64,000 bases of DNA from a bacterium (GCA_963681965.1 OY820579.1:1888001-1952000); one strand, 5' to 3'; counted from the stretch's first letter, positions 40,435 to 51,590 are shown. A program made the numbers and translations. The notes: generated from the letters alone by a model not told the origin.

Positions 40435-43400
40435 TCGGAATCGCGATCAAGAATATCGCGAATCGTTCGTGCCAATTCGGCAATCTGGAACGGTTTGGAA
40501 ATAAAATCTGCAGCTCCGGCTACATCTGGGTTGTCGCGCATACTATGAGTATCGTATCCACTGGAAATAATCGCCTTGATTGCAGGATGGATTTGTAACA
40601 TATCCTGCAATGTCTCGCCACCCGATTTCTTCGGCATTGAGTAGTCGAGTATCACCAGATCGATTTTCGCAAAGTCCGTCGCATAGATCTTCAACGCCTC
40701 GATGCCATTCTCGGCAGTAATGACTTTGTAGCCCAATTGCTCAAGAATCGAGCGGCTGAGCGTTCGGATCAATTCTTCGTCGTCTACTACTAGAATGGTT
40801 TCATTCCCACTTGATATTCGCGGTTTACTAACAACGGTACTTTCTTGAACAATGTCGTCGGCAGTCTGCAGATAGAATGCGAATGTCGTTCCTTTACCGA
40901 TTTCACTGCTGACCTCGAGCCACCCTTTGTGTTGTTTGACGATACCGTAAACGGTAGCTAATCCTAAACCGGTGCCTTTTCCTGAGGGTTTGGTTGTGAA
41001 GAACGGTTCGAAAATGCGTTTCAGTGTTTCCTGCGACATACCGATACCGTTGTCTGATACCGATACTTTCACATACATCCCGGGAATCGCGTCAGGTCGA
41101 TTTTGAATGTAATTTTGGGTGATTTCGACATCTGACGCTTCGATTGTTAACTGTGGGGTTCGTTGCTGTAAAATCGATTCTGGTAACGATAGAAGCGCGT
41201 CTCGACCGTTGACACACAGATTGAGCAGTACTTGATGAAGTTGCACTGCGTCGGCAAGTACCTTGCTTTCTAGATGGTCGGTTACGACGATAAAATCGAT
41301 TTTTCGATCGATCGTATTGCGAACCATGCTGGCGATTTCATCGAGAAGAACAGCAAGATCCAATACTTTGACTTGAATTTCCGAGCGTCGGCTGAATGTC
41401 AAAATCTGTTTAACCAATGCGCTTGCTCTTGCCGAGGCTCGTTCGGCATCGAGTAAACAAGTCTGGATTTGTTCTTGAGTACCGATCTTTGCCAGACTGA
41501 TATTACCCATGATCGCGGTCAGTAGATTGTTAAAATCGTGAGCGATGCCGCCGGCAAGTTGACCGATTGCTTCGAGTTTTTGAGATTGTCGAAGTTGATC
41601 TTCGAGTAATCGCTCATGAGTGGCATCGCGATCGACAATAACGATGCTGACAAGTTTTCCGCTTTCGTCGCGGATCGGTGAAAAAGCCGATTCGACATAG
41701 AGTAAGGAACCATCTTTTGTTCGCAAGGTCTGATGACCGCGCCATTCGCTGCCACGCAAAGCGATCTGCCAGATTTCTTCAGTCAGCGTCGAATTGTCTT
41801 CGTTCGGTTTTAGTAATTCGTTGCGGTTATGGTTGATTGCTTCGAAACCCTGAAATCCGGTAATCTTTTGAAATGCCGGATTGACGTATTGAATCACGTT
41901 TTCAGTATCGATTAGAATAATGCTTTCGGCAGCCGCTTCGATCGCCGCAACCAATCGCATGCGTTCTTGTTCCGAAGATTTTAATTCAATTGCGGATGCA
42001 ATATTGGAAGCGACGAAGCGCATCAACTCCAAATCACGTTGCGAGTAATCCTGTCCTACAGTATAGGTTTGGATGACTGTTACTCCAATCACCCCTTTTT
42101 GAGTTTTAAGTGGAACACCCATCCAACTGTTGCTATCGTGCCCAATCAAATCGATTTCACCACGTTGCTCCAATTCGCGGAAGGTCGATTGGTCGCACAG
42201 TAACGGTTGACCGGTCCGACGAACATAGTCGGTTAACGAACGTTGCAAAGAGTAAAACGAATTGGGTGTAATATCTTCGTCAGTCGGATCGACATGATAT
42301 GGGAAGGAGTACATATCGAGGTCGGGATGATAGAGTGCAACGTAAAAGTTGGTTGCATCCATTAAACCCGAGATCTGTTTGTGGAAAATTGATAACATCT
42401 CTTCCAAATTCTTGGCAGTCGTATAAGATTTTGTAATCTCCAATAATGCCGTTTGAATTTGGTTAGTGTATACTTGCTCGGAGATATCGAGAATAACTCC
42501 GTGTAACAACGAACTACCGGGTTGGTAAGTAACCTTGTCGAGTGCCCAAATATAATGTTGATCTGCTGCGCGAATCCGGTATTCGAAAGCGTAGGTAATG
42601 ATCGAAGTCGTGGCAGCGATTTCGAATTTACGCGATGCGAATTCGCGATCATCGGGATGAATCAAATCCAACCAATTATTCGCATCTTCAATCCACTTTT
42701 CCGCAGGAATACCGAGAATCCATTCAACCTGATTGCTTACATAGGTATAGCGATGAGTGGTTGTGTCATATTCCCAGAGAATTGCCGTGACGTGTTGAAT
42801 AAGATCGTCGATCTGTTGTTGTTTTTCTCGGAGTGATCGCTCGGCAAGGACCTGCTCGGTAATATCTCGACCTACTGCCTGTACTTCCGACAAATTACCA
42901 TCAGCGTCGAACAATCCGTGCATCGTCCAGGTAGTGTATCGATTCAGTCCATTCTCGTCCAAAGATTCAGTGGCAAGAGTCGTGATCGGATTCGAAATAG
43001 ATAGCGACTTAATATTATTGTACAATTCGTCGACGGTTTCTCTGGGAAGATAATCCTGAATCGATTTACCAATCAGATCGCTGTAATTGCGATGGTAATA
43101 ATTGCAATACTTTTCATTTACAAATGTGACTGCTCCGTTCGGTAGTATTCTGCAGATCATATCGGTCTGATCTTGTATGACCGCACGGAATCTGGCTTCA
43201 GAGGTTTGCAAATCTTCGTATGCCCGTCGCAATTCGTAGGTTCGCTTTTGAACCAATTCTTCCAGTTTTGCTTTCGAATTAAGTAACAGCTCTTGAGCAC
43301 GCTTTTGATCGTTGATGTTTCGACTGAGACCTAGTGTTCCGATTACTTCGTTCCGATCGTTGAAGATCGGGTGTTTAACGACCTCAATCCAGATTTCCTG

Positions 43401-44639
43401 TCCGAATTCATCGAGCTGAATCTCTTCCCGACGGAACGCCTTTTTCGATTGGATCACTTTTAAATCGTCGATCACAAATTGTTCGGCTTTCTCGGGGGGC
43501 ATAATGTCGGCGGGGGTACAACCAACGATTCGTTCCGGATTGATCTCACCGAATTGACGAGCAAACGGAATATTAACACCGATGAAATATCCACCAAGAT
43601 TTCTGAGCCACATCGGATCGAGCAGATTGTCAAGCAAGGCGCGTTGAATCGATTGCGTCTGCATCAATTTTTGTTCGGTTTCGCGTCGAATTTCGTTTTC
43701 CGAAAGAAGGCTTTGGTTAAGCGTTTCCAGCTCTTCCATTCGTGCTTTGACGCGCCGTTCCAAATTAATATTGGTCGCTTTTAAATCGGTTTCCAGCGCT
43801 TTGCGAAGCGATAAATCGGAGATTGTTCCGGTTATTTCGCGAAGCTTACCGGACTCGTCATAATGCTTTACAGCAGTAATTTCGCTCCAGAACACATTGC
43901 CGTCGGAGCGCCGAACACGGATTTCGATCCGATAGGTATCGAAAATGAACACCGGTTCGAGAAAGTGCATCAATGTCGAAAAATCTTCTTCGACAATAAA
44001 TTCAGTGAGCGATTTCCCGATCGAGTCGATTGCTTCGAAACCGGTAAATTCTTTCCAAGGCTGGTTGACGAATGTCAGATTGAAATTGGGATCGCTTTGA
44101 AAGATGACTTCTTGAATATTATCGACAACCCAGTGGTATTTACGTTCGCTTTCGATCGTCGATTTTCGAGCAATTGTGTCTTCGGTAATGTCCCGAATAA
44201 ATGCTATCACTTCTGTCGGTTTATGAGGAATGATAATTACATCGAAATAAGAAACTTTCGCGGTCTCGCCGATATTCTCGTATTTAAAGAGTTTGGTTGT
44301 ATTGGACGCAAGCGATTCCGTTATCAATTCTTTAGCTTGAGTAGCAATCTCGCTGGGAAAAATCGCATCGATCGATTTTCCTACCAATTGATCGCGTGAC
44401 TGATTGAGTTGAATATTTGGCGAAGTGACTAGTTCGACGAATTGAAAATTCGCATCGATATAAAAGATGATGTAAGGGGATCCAGCTAAATGAAAAGGGA
44501 TGTCGTGATTCGTCGAATTGGATTGTTCTGAAGCCAAAATCGCCATTTCTTCCCCGTTGTTATGGCTTCCCATTTTCTTTAACTGTGAATCAATCAGTGG
44601 CAAATCACGATGTTGGGTCTCGTTTAAATGACACAACAA
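40431..44639 (-). CDS. Multi-PAS/GAF hybrid sensor histidine kinase / response regulator
   Basis: Several PAS/PAC repeats and a GAF; GGIAHDFNNLL, QVLLNLCVN, DNGIG, FEPFFTTK, GTGLGL; C-terminal REC; start uncertain. Confidence 0.92.
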   Translation of the reverse strand: MLCHLNETQHRDLPLIDSQLKKMGSHNNGEEMAILASEQSNSTNHDIPFHLAGSPYIIFYIDANFQFVELVTSPNIQLNQSRDQLVGKSIDAIFPSEIATQAKELITESLASNTTKLFKYENIGETAKVSYFDVIIIPHKPTEVIAFIRDITEDTIARKSTIESERKYHWVVDNIQEVIFQSDPNFNLTFVNQPWKEFTGFEAIDSIGKSLTEFIVEEDFSTLMHFLEPVFIFDTYRIEIRVRRSDGNVFWSEITAVKHYDESGKLREITGTISDLSLRKALETDLKATNINLERRVKARMEELETLNQSLLSENEIRRETEQKLMQTQSIQRALLDNLLDPMWLRNLGGYFIGVNIPFARQFGEINPERIVGCTPADIMPPEKAEQFVIDDLKVIQSKKAFRREEIQLDEFGQEIWIEVVKHPIFNDRNEVIGTLGLSRNINDQKRAQELLLNSKAKLEELVQKRTYELRRAYEDLQTSEARFRAVIQDQTDMICRILPNGAVTFVNEKYCNYYHRNYSDLIGKSIQDYLPRETVDELYNNIKSLSISNPITTLATESLDENGLNRYTTWTMHGLFDADGNLSEVQAVGRDITEQVLAERSLREKQQQIDDLIQHVTAILWEYDTTTHRYTYVSNQVEWILGIPAEKWIEDANNWLDLIHPDDREFASRKFEIAATTSIITYAFEYRIRAADQHYIWALDKVTYQPGSSLLHGVILDISEQVYTNQIQTALLEITKSYTTAKNLEEMLSIFHKQISGLMDATNFYVALYHPDLDMYSFPYHVDPTDEDITPNSFYSLQRSLTDYVRRTGQPLLCDQSTFRELEQRGEIDLIGHDSNSWMGVPLKTQKGVIGVTVIQTYTVGQDYSQRDLELMRFVASNIASAIELKSSEQERMRLVAAIEAAAESIILIDTENVIQYVNPAFQKITGFQGFEAINHNRNELLKPNEDNSTLTEEIWQIALRGSEWRGHQTLRTKDGSLLYVESAFSPIRDESGKLVSIVIVDRDATHERLLEDQLRQSQKLEAIGQLAGGIAHDFNNLLTAIMGNISLAKIGTQEQIQTCLLDAERASARASALVKQILTFSRRSEIQVKVLDLAVLLDEIASMVRNTIDRKIDFIVVTDHLESKVLADAVQLHQVLLNLCVNGRDALLSLPESILQQRTPQLTIEASDVEITQNYIQNRPDAIPGMYVKVSVSDNGIGMSQETLKRIFEPFFTTKPSGKGTGLGLATVYGIVKQHKGWLEVSSEIGKGTTFAFYLQTADDIVQESTVVSKPRISSGNETILVVDDEELIRTLSRSILEQLGYKVITAENGIEALKIYATDFAKIDLVILDYSMPKKSGGETLQDMLQIHPAIKAIISSGYDTHSMRDNPDVAGAADFISKPFQIAELARTIRDILDRDSD

Positions 44640-44803
44640 ATTTGAGTGGATTCTTGCACTCAGTCAAATAAGTACTACACCGATAAGTCCGCAATGGTGT
44701 ACAGTTATTTCGGTTCGAACCGGTCTCGAATTAACCCTAAATTAAAGTGTCTTATCTGTTTGAGCAAGAAAAAATGATATCAGAAGCGAATTAATCATTC
44801 GAT

Positions 44804-45877
44804 TTACTGTTTCACAGTCAAAGCCAACTGACAAATTTGAATATGATGTTGTATCCATGGTTCGATATCGAAAGTTTTGACCCAGTTTGATCCCTTGTGG
44901 CAACGCTCCCGATATCGCTCCAGATCGCCTAGCTTAGCAATCTCAGAAATCCACTGATCCGGATCAGTGACCGGTATCACAGTCGCTCCGCCTCCGGATA
45001 CTTCAGGAAATGCACCGCAATTACTAACCAACACCGGAATACCGGATGCCATCGATTCCAATGGAGGTAGACCAAAACCTTCGTACTTGGAGGGAAATAC
45101 ACCGACATAAGCTGATTTGACAAGTGCTCGGAGGGTGGAAAAGTCTACTTCCCCGAGGTCGATCCAGCGCTTGCTGTTTAGTAATGGATGGATACTTTTG
45201 TGAAACTCGGGATAACGTTCTAATCGATCACCAGTTATAATTAATGGTGGTAAATTACTTGAACCTGTCCACATTTCAGCAAGAAATTGTAAGTTCTTAT
45301 GCTTTCGATAGGCGCCGAAATAAATGCAGTATTGCTCAGGTATTGGTAATGAAATTCTACCTGGTTCAGTAAACCAGACTGGATCGATACACATCCGAAT
45401 TGGGTGGATTTTCTCTCGATTGCAGTTGGGAAAGCGTTGAATTAAATCGCTTTTCACCGTCTCACATTGCGTGATAATCAGGTCAGATTTCCGCAGTGCT
45501 CGACCAATCATGTATTTCGCATAACTTCGCTGAAGGAGCGAAAATTGGTCGGGGAACTGCATCTGAATTGTATCGTGAATTAGCGAGACACACGGTAGTT
45601 TCAAGTTGATCGGGACGATGTAATGAGGTGAGTAAAACAAATCCGCATGCGTCTGGTTCGCGAGTTTGCCTACTTCTACCAATTCTGCGAGCGAATAATT
45701 TTTGGCGTCGCAGAGTAAAACCGGGTTGCCGGTAATTTCCTCGATGATTCTCCGGTGTTCTGAACGAGCGATTGTAATTAGTTCGATCCCGTTTTGAACA
45801 AACATTTGAACCAGTAATCGGATTACCGAACCGATTCCCCCGTCGCTCCACTTTCTAGCATCGAAGCAAATTTTCAT
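44804..45877 (-). CDS. Glycosyltransferase family 4 protein
   Basis: MKICFDAR..GGIG, IHD, HKN, FPSKYEGFGLPPLESMASG. Confidence 0.9.
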   Translation of the reverse strand: MKICFDARKWSDGGIGSVIRLLVQMFVQNGIELITIARSEHRRIIEEITGNPVLLCDAKNYSLAELVEVGKLANQTHADLFYSPHYIVPINLKLPCVSLIHDTIQMQFPDQFSLLQRSYAKYMIGRALRKSDLIITQCETVKSDLIQRFPNCNREKIHPIRMCIDPVWFTEPGRISLPIPEQYCIYFGAYRKHKNLQFLAEMWTGSSNLPPLIITGDRLERYPEFHKSIHPLLNSKRWIDLGEVDFSTLRALVKSAYVGVFPSKYEGFGLPPLESMASGIPVLVSNCGAFPEVSGGGATVIPVTDPDQWISEIAKLGDLERYRERCHKGSNWVKTFDIEPWIQHHIQICQLALTVKQ

Positions 45878-47085
45878 TTCAACTCGGTTCCTGAAGAATT
45901 CGCTGGAAGGGCGATGACAATACCGATCAGCATCCAAAGGATCAGTGCATCTTCGGAATCGGTCTGGAAACACTGAAACAATCCGCCAAATAGGATCAAT
46001 AGAAATGTTGCTAATAAAACCACTCGAAGGTCGCGATCATAACCGGTAAACTTGAAGATCGTCTTGCTGCAACGGAAAAGCACCAATCCCCAGAAGATCG
46101 CGAAGATCATTCCACCAATGATCCCGTACTTCACGGTAGTAGCGAGCAAATCGTTGTGTGCGTGCGCAGTCGAGCTGTAGTGGTCGTAAGGTTCTTTATA
46201 CAGCTTGAACGCAGTATTCCAATTACCATACCCAATTCCTGCGATTGGGTAATGCTTGATTATGTTAGTAGCGCTCTTCCATAGAAAAACTCGAGTAGGA
46301 TCGCCTTGCTGCGAAGGTTCGCCGGCAGCCCCCACACCGCGAGCCATGCGCTCTCCGGCGGCATTGAACACGACAAATGGGAGAATGATCAAGGATAATA
46401 GCGCGATTGCTCCGGAAATTTTTAACTTCCGTGAACCGAATAGCAGAAAAACCATCGCAGCGATACTATAACCCACGATGATTGTTCTGCCCATCGATGC
46501 TAGAATTGCACTGGAGCTTCCAAACGCGATGAGGTATGCAATCACACTGTTCGAAGTGACGATTCCGAGGGGAGTAGTTAGACCAATGACTCCGGCAAAA
46601 GTGAGATGGAAATCTTGTAATCCCGTGGCGTGATATTTTCCGCAGAGAAAGATTAATTGTCTGGAGCGAATCAAGTCCCAACCGAAAAAGTACTGGTACG
46701 TTGCATAAATCGCAAGAGCTATAAGAATATAACTTGCCCATCGAAACGCTGTTCGCAATCGGTCGGGTTGCGAAGCTAATACCAGACCGGGTATGATTGC
46801 CAACATTGTTGAGAATTCGCGAAACCACTCTTTATAGTTCGATTGATAGGGAGAAAAAGTGGTTGCGATGAGTGTCCATGCGATAAATCCCAACAAAGTG
46901 ACAAGCAAGTATTTCGGCGCTTGTTCAGGAAGTGATTCGCGATAGAAAATCCATCCCAGAAGGATTAGAATCAGCAGAATATTTGTCACTGCTATTGAGG
47001 TTAGTGTTGCAATCGGATAGATCATACAGCACGCGACCCAGATTCGTCGAATTGGGTCGCGTAACGAAGTTAGTACCGGAGGCAT
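45874..47085 (-). CDS. O-antigen ligase family protein
   Basis: Polytopic; RVFLW, PIAGIGYGN, HAHND; likely start MPPVL. Confidence 0.82.
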   Translation of the reverse strand: MPPVLTSLRDPIRRIWVACCMIYPIATLTSIAVTNILLILILLGWIFYRESLPEQAPKYLLVTLLGFIAWTLIATTFSPYQSNYKEWFREFSTMLAIIPGLVLASQPDRLRTAFRWASYILIALAIYATYQYFFGWDLIRSRQLIFLCGKYHATGLQDFHLTFAGVIGLTTPLGIVTSNSVIAYLIAFGSSSAILASMGRTIIVGYSIAAMVFLLFGSRKLKISGAIALLSLIILPFVVFNAAGERMARGVGAAGEPSQQGDPTRVFLWKSATNIIKHYPIAGIGYGNWNTAFKLYKEPYDHYSSTAHAHNDLLATTVKYGIIGGMIFAIFWGLVLFRCSKTIFKFTGYDRDLRVVLLATFLLILFGGLFQCFQTDSEDALILWMLIGIVIALPANSSGTELK

Positions 47086-47104
47086 ATTCGTAGTATAAGT
47101 AATC

Positions 47105-47326
47105 CTATTTGGTCGGTTTCGACTGATCGTTGATCGGTCGCGCATTGGGGTCGGATGGATTGACCGAATTTGGATTATTCGAATTTCCATGATCGTCGCG
47201 CATCGCTGATCGAAGTTCTCGAATCCCATTGCCAATGCCGCGAGCCAATTCCGGAAGTTTTTTGCCTCCGAATAAGAGCAAAATCACGATACAAATCAAT
47301 AGGATTTCATTGAATCCAAAGTTCAT
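47105..47326 (-). CDS. tatA: Twin-arginine translocase TatA/E subunit
   Basis: EILLI..ILLLFGGKKLPELARGIG. Confidence 0.92.
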   Translation of the reverse strand: MNFGFNEILLICIVILLLFGGKKLPELARGIGNGIRELRSAMRDDHGNSNNPNSVNPSDPNARPINDQSKPTK

Positions 47327-47407
47327 TTTCCACCCCAATCCCTAAATAACATTATAATGTAATGACTTTACAACGGTTTTCACAGTTTATCGGTTTTCCG
47401 CAAGAAA

Positions 47408-48766
47408 TTATTCAAACTCAGCTTCAAGTGCTTGTTTGTTACCTCGAGAAACATTTACTTTCAAAAGAAGAACCCCGCCGACAACGAAAAAAACTAACAG
47501 GCAGAGGATTGCATACCGAATGGAACCTGTAATCCAGAGCATTGTTCCGTAAACCATTGGACCGAGTAGCGTACTGAGGCGCGCTTGTACCGAATAAAAA
47601 CCGAAAAATTCCGCAGCGCGCGAGACTGGTGTAAATCGGGCAAATAGTGATCGAGCACTCGATTGACTGGCACCGAGGATCAAACCAGCCAAGATCCCAA
47701 CCATCCAAAATTCAGTTACAGGATCGGTGAACAGTCCCAACAAACATGACCAAATACAGACAATGCACCAGATAACCAGCGTTATTAGAAGTACGGTTTT
47801 ATCGCCAATCTTGTCGGACAGCTTACCTAACGTTAATGATCCTGCAAATCCACAAAACTGTATCATCAAGAAAAACAATATTAAAGACGATGAATTCATC
47901 TTGAGTTCAGCTTCACCGAAGATCGCTGCCATCAGAATAACTGTCTGGACACCATTGTTAAAGAAGAAGAAGGCTAACAAAAATCGCAGTAAATCGGGCA
48001 ATTTCCGTGCGTCTTTTAATGTCCGTTTGAGACGACGAAATGAATCGCTGCCAATACCCTGCAACCCTGATTTGATCGATATAGCTGGTTCCTTTACCCA
48101 AAGAATCATCGGAATCGAGAAGAGAAACCACCAAATCGCGACTGCCGCGAAGGTGTCCTGCACTTGGAATGGTTGAATCCCGAGGATTTTCGGTGGCTGC
48201 AGCATGATCATATTGATCAAGAGTAGAATACCACCCCCGAAGTAACCGATACCCCAACCGAAACCACTGATCCAACCGGTTTCCTCCGGTTTTGCGATAT
48301 CTTTTAAAATGGCATCGTAAAATGCCAATCCGGCATTAAAACCAAGATTTGCCAGTGCAAATACGATACCCCCAAATAACCAGTCTCCTTTGCCGACAAA
48401 CCACAGCATTGCGGTACATGCCACTCCGATTACAGTTGAAAACATTAAGAACGATTTCTTGCGTTGAGTGTGGTCTGCCATGGCTCCGGTAACTGGCGAG
48501 AAGAGCATGACGATAAAAGTGGAAATCGAGACAAAATAGGTGAACAGTGTCGCACCGGGAATACTAAACTGCAGTCCGAACCAATCCATTGCGATACCAG
48601 TTTCACCGCCTGCGACCTGTAGCGCATAGTAACGATTGAAGATGACTGCTAAAATTGTGGTAGCGTAGCCGTGATTTCCGACATCGTAGAAAACCCAACC
48701 CCAAACGTCTTTGCGACGGAGGGGAGGAGTGTCGATCGGAGCGGTTGCGGGCAATGTTGGCATCAA
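47408..48766 (-). CDS. MFS transporter (UMF1/ATG22-like)
   Basis: WVFYD..N, SP.TGAMAD, FYDA.L, SGFGWGIGY.GG, SQSSARSLF, EFFGFY. Confidence 0.88.
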   Translation of the reverse strand: MMPTLPATAPIDTPPLRRKDVWGWVFYDVGNHGYATTILAVIFNRYYALQVAGGETGIAMDWFGLQFSIPGATLFTYFVSISTFIVMLFSPVTGAMADHTQRKKSFLMFSTVIGVACTAMLWFVGKGDWLFGGIVFALANLGFNAGLAFYDAILKDIAKPEETGWISGFGWGIGYFGGGILLLINMIMLQPPKILGIQPFQVQDTFAAVAIWWFLFSIPMILWVKEPAISIKSGLQGIGSDSFRRLKRTLKDARKLPDLLRFLLAFFFFNNGVQTVILMAAIFGEAELKMNSSSLILFFLMIQFCGFAGSLTLGKLSDKIGDKTVLLITLVIWCIVCIWSCLLGLFTDPVTEFWMVGILAGLILGASQSSARSLFARFTPVSRAAEFFGFYSVQARLSTLLGPMVYGTMLWITGSIRYAILCLLVFFVVGGVLLLKVNVSRGNKQALEAEFE

Positions 48767-48835
48767 ATTATTACCTGTTGGATCTAGGAGATTGATTCGT
48801 TCTAGACATTACGAAATACAATACCCGGAAACAAG

Positions 48836-48863
48836 ACTGCCGGCAATTTAGGTTGCCGGCAGT
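48836..48863 (-). terminator. Hairpin terminator
   Basis: ACTGCCGGCAA-TTTAGG-TTGCCGGCAGT. Confidence 0.55.
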
Positions 48864-48887
48864 GAGAGTCAATCGGTATTCACAGAT

Positions 48888-49604
48888 TTATCGAACGAGT
48901 TCGATTCGATGCATCTTTACGCCTTGTGGTGTTTCCAATCGAAGAAAATATTGACCCGAGGCGAGTGAATGAAACCAATCCCCTAGTGCAATTTCCTGAG
49001 CACCGGAACTATAATGGGATGATCGTTCGGCAATTTTGCGACCGATTACATCGAACATTGTCAGTTTAACATTCCCTTCGTGGGGAAGTGCAAAACTAAC
49101 TTTGGTGGATGAATTGAATGGATTCGGGTAAACCCGACTGATTTGATATCCCACTGGAATATCTTTTTGGTCGACACCAACTACCGAATAAGTTGTACAA
49201 ACCACTCGAATTAGTTCTGCAGTACCGTGAATACTGATGTCCATTGCCGCTTGACCGGTGCCAACTGCAGTCGGGAATACGTCAAGTGTTAGTGAATCGA
49301 TAACTCGGGGGAATAATGAATCGTATGCCTCGGTGATGGTGGGAGGGTAGCAACCACTTCCGATGCACATGCCGAGTTCCCATTCAGTCGGGATATTAAT
49401 CCGGACAGTTTGAACAGTAATCTCGATCGGATCGTCAACCAAAGAAGAGACATCCATGACAAATTGTGCCGCGTCGCCATTCGGAACAACCCATTGCACA
49501 GTTGATCGAGGCGTGACTTGAAATGATTGTGCATAAACCGGAAGCGACATGACTGCAGTCAACAGCAAAATCGAAATCAAACCGGTACTAAATAATCTCT
49601 TCAT
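48888..49604 (-). CDS. Small secreted Ig-like protein with T9SS type A sorting domain
   Basis: Signal peptide; CIGSGCY; VYPNPFN...ASGQYFLRL. Confidence 0.78.
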   Translation of the reverse strand: MKRLFSTGLISILLLTAVMSLPVYAQSFQVTPRSTVQWVVPNGDAAQFVMDVSSLVDDPIEITVQTVRINIPTEWELGMCIGSGCYPPTITEAYDSLFPRVIDSLTLDVFPTAVGTGQAAMDISIHGTAELIRVVCTTYSVVGVDQKDIPVGYQISRVYPNPFNSSTKVSFALPHEGNVKLTMFDVIGRKIAERSSHYSSGAQEIALGDWFHSLASGQYFLRLETPQGVKMHRIELVR

Positions 49605-49658
49605 CGTTGCTCCTAAATTCCTTTACACTTGTTCTAAATCCAAGATTCTATCAAACAG

Positions 49659-50672
49659 CTAGTGTGGTAAATGAGAAATAATCGCATTTCGCAAACTGAG
49701 TGAGTCAATCGATCCACCAGTTGAAATAATTTTACCTGTAGTATCGACCAATACGTTGAGTGGGTAAGTCGCAGGTGAATGATTCACCATTCCATCGAAA
49801 TAACCCGGTTGAGGATCAAGCAATACTGGAAATGACAAGTTGATCTGTGCAATTGCGGCTAGAAATTGGTTGTATGATTGCGATACCGGAATAGGAGTCG
49901 TCAAGGCAACAAAGCGAACCCCTTGCGATGCAAATTGTCGATAGTAATTGTCAAAATAAGGAAGCTCAGCCCGACACGGTCGACAATTGGTATACCAGCA
50001 GGTAAACATCGTGAGATGACCGCGATATACTTCTAAATTGATCGAATCAAGACGGGTTTCATCAGGTCCGATTATCCGTCGTCGGTAATCAAAAGGTATA
50101 TTGCCGACGGCTTTTCCCGGAGTTCCTGCTTCCAATCCAAAATCAATCGTATTCGTATCGGCAGTCACATTAATTCGATGTAATGACGGATTTACAGTCA
50201 GATACCCATCAAGTACGACGGAAATTTCTTGAGCACCGAGTGAGGCTTCAATAACAGCCGGAGTGCGCATCGGTGTGCCGCTGCGATCGGTCATATATTC
50301 TTGATTCAAGATGATTCGGGCATTACTCGGAGTCGATGTAACGTTAACCCAGCCAACTGGTGAAATGATAAGCGGGATTATCGCACGTGTCGTATCGCCA
50401 GCGTCGATCGCGACATTTTGCTCGACGATCGTGAAACTTCGTTTTCGAATGACCATCCGGTAGGTGCCTGCGGTCATTGGTCCAATGTAAGTGGGAGTCG
50501 TCTGGGCTTGAGGAATATCATTCAATAGAATTGTCGCACCGTATACAATATTACCTGTACTATCGGTAGTGGATACATAAAGCAGACCACGCGGTGTTGT
50601 CGGTGACTCTGTCACCGAGCATCCGACAACGCAGACCAAAAGCAAAGCAAGTAAGATGAATAGCAGCCGCAT
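49659..50672 (-). CDS. Lipoprotein with PEGA-like repeats and C-terminal TlpA/redoxin domain
   Basis: Lipobox VVGC; VTSTPSNARI PEGA; WYTNCRPCRAELP, YP..VLVD..G. Confidence 0.75.
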   Translation of the reverse strand: MRLLFILLALLLVCVVGCSVTESPTTPRGLLYVSTTDSTGNIVYGATILLNDIPQAQTTPTYIGPMTAGTYRMVIRKRSFTIVEQNVAIDAGDTTRAIIPLIISPVGWVNVTSTPSNARIILNQEYMTDRSGTPMRTPAVIEASLGAQEISVVLDGYLTVNPSLHRINVTADTNTIDFGLEAGTPGKAVGNIPFDYRRRIIGPDETRLDSINLEVYRGHLTMFTCWYTNCRPCRAELPYFDNYYRQFASQGVRFVALTTPIPVSQSYNQFLAAIAQINLSFPVLLDPQPGYFDGMVNHSPATYPLNVLVDTTGKIISTGGSIDSLSLRNAIISHLPH

Positions 50673-50698
50673 ACACGATTCCCTTGAATAATTACTTA

Positions 50699-51590
50699 GG
50701 TAATTAGTGGTGGTCTGGCACAAGTATTATCTTGTGATCATGGATCTAATTACTTACGAACACTTGGTTAAGAACGAACAAACAGCACGAAAATTCGTGT
50801 TGGGATTTTGCTGGAAAAACCAACAGCGATTTTGTCCCCGTTGTAACACCCGAAAACTATATCGGTTATCGGACCATCGTTATCGCTGTTCGGAATGCAA
50901 ATACACCTTCCACGACTTCAGTGGCAGATGGATCAACCATGGTTCTTTGAGTTGCCAGCAATGGCTTCGTATCGTAAAATTGTTTGAGCTCGAGCAGTCG
51001 GTGCGCAAGATTGCGAGCCAGTTGAATCTCGATTACGGAACGGCTTACAAAGCGGTTACCACGATTCGCTTGGCGATCCTGACGAATCAGATTAGTCCGC
51101 CGCTGGGCGGTAACATCGAGCTCGATGAAAGTTATTTCGGCGGCCATCGCAAAGGGAACCGTGGCCGTGGTGCGGCCGGTAAAGTCCCGGTATTCGGCAT
51201 TCTCCAGCAACATGGCAAAGTCGTTGTAGAAGTGGTTCCCGATGTCAGTGCCGAGACGCTGGTCGAGTTAACGGTAAAAAAAGTTCGTCGCGGCAGCATC
51301 ATTTACACCGACAAATTTCGCAGCTACGACAGTCTAATGTGCTGCGGTTATCGCCATCTGAAAGTCGATCACGGCAAACAATTTGTGAAAGGTCGTGTTC
51401 ACATCAATGGACTCGAAGGGTTCTGGAGCTGGGCAAAGGAACGGTTGATGAAACACCATGGCGTTTCGAAAGAGACTTTTCCGCTGTATCTCAAAGAGCT
51501 CGAGTTCAGGTACAATAATCGCGATCAGGATATCTTCAAAATGATCGTGCTATATCTGTCAACTATTGTGCCAAACCACCACTAATTACC
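50699..51590 (+). mobile_element. IS1595-family insertion sequence
   Basis: 25-bp terminal inverted repeats GGTAATTAGTGGTGGT(C/T)TGGCACAA at 50699-50723 and 51566-51590; 8-bp target duplication ATTACTTA at 50691-50698 and 51591-51598. Confidence 0.95.
50740..51585 (+). CDS. IS1595-family transposase (Zn-ribbon + ISXO2-like DDE)
   Basis: CPRC..CSEC; ELDESYFGG, RGRGA, IYTD, HINGLEGFWS, YLKELEFRYN. Confidence 0.93.
   Translation: MDLITYEHLVKNEQTARKFVLGFCWKNQQRFCPRCNTRKLYRLSDHRYRCSECKYTFHDFSGRWINHGSLSCQQWLRIVKLFELEQSVRKIASQLNLDYGTAYKAVTTIRLAILTNQISPPLGGNIELDESYFGGHRKGNRGRGAAGKVPVFGILQQHGKVVVEVVPDVSAETLVELTVKKVRRGSIIYTDKFRSYDSLMCCGYRHLKVDHGKQFVKGRVHINGLEGFWSWAKERLMKHHGVSKETFPLYLKELEFRYNNRDQDIFKMIVLYLSTIVPNHH

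Noticed and set aside
50707-50739. Extended starts of the transposase (50707) and redoxin (50723) ORFs
   Set aside because: They run into the IS terminal repeat; ATG 50740 and 50672 are more plausible.
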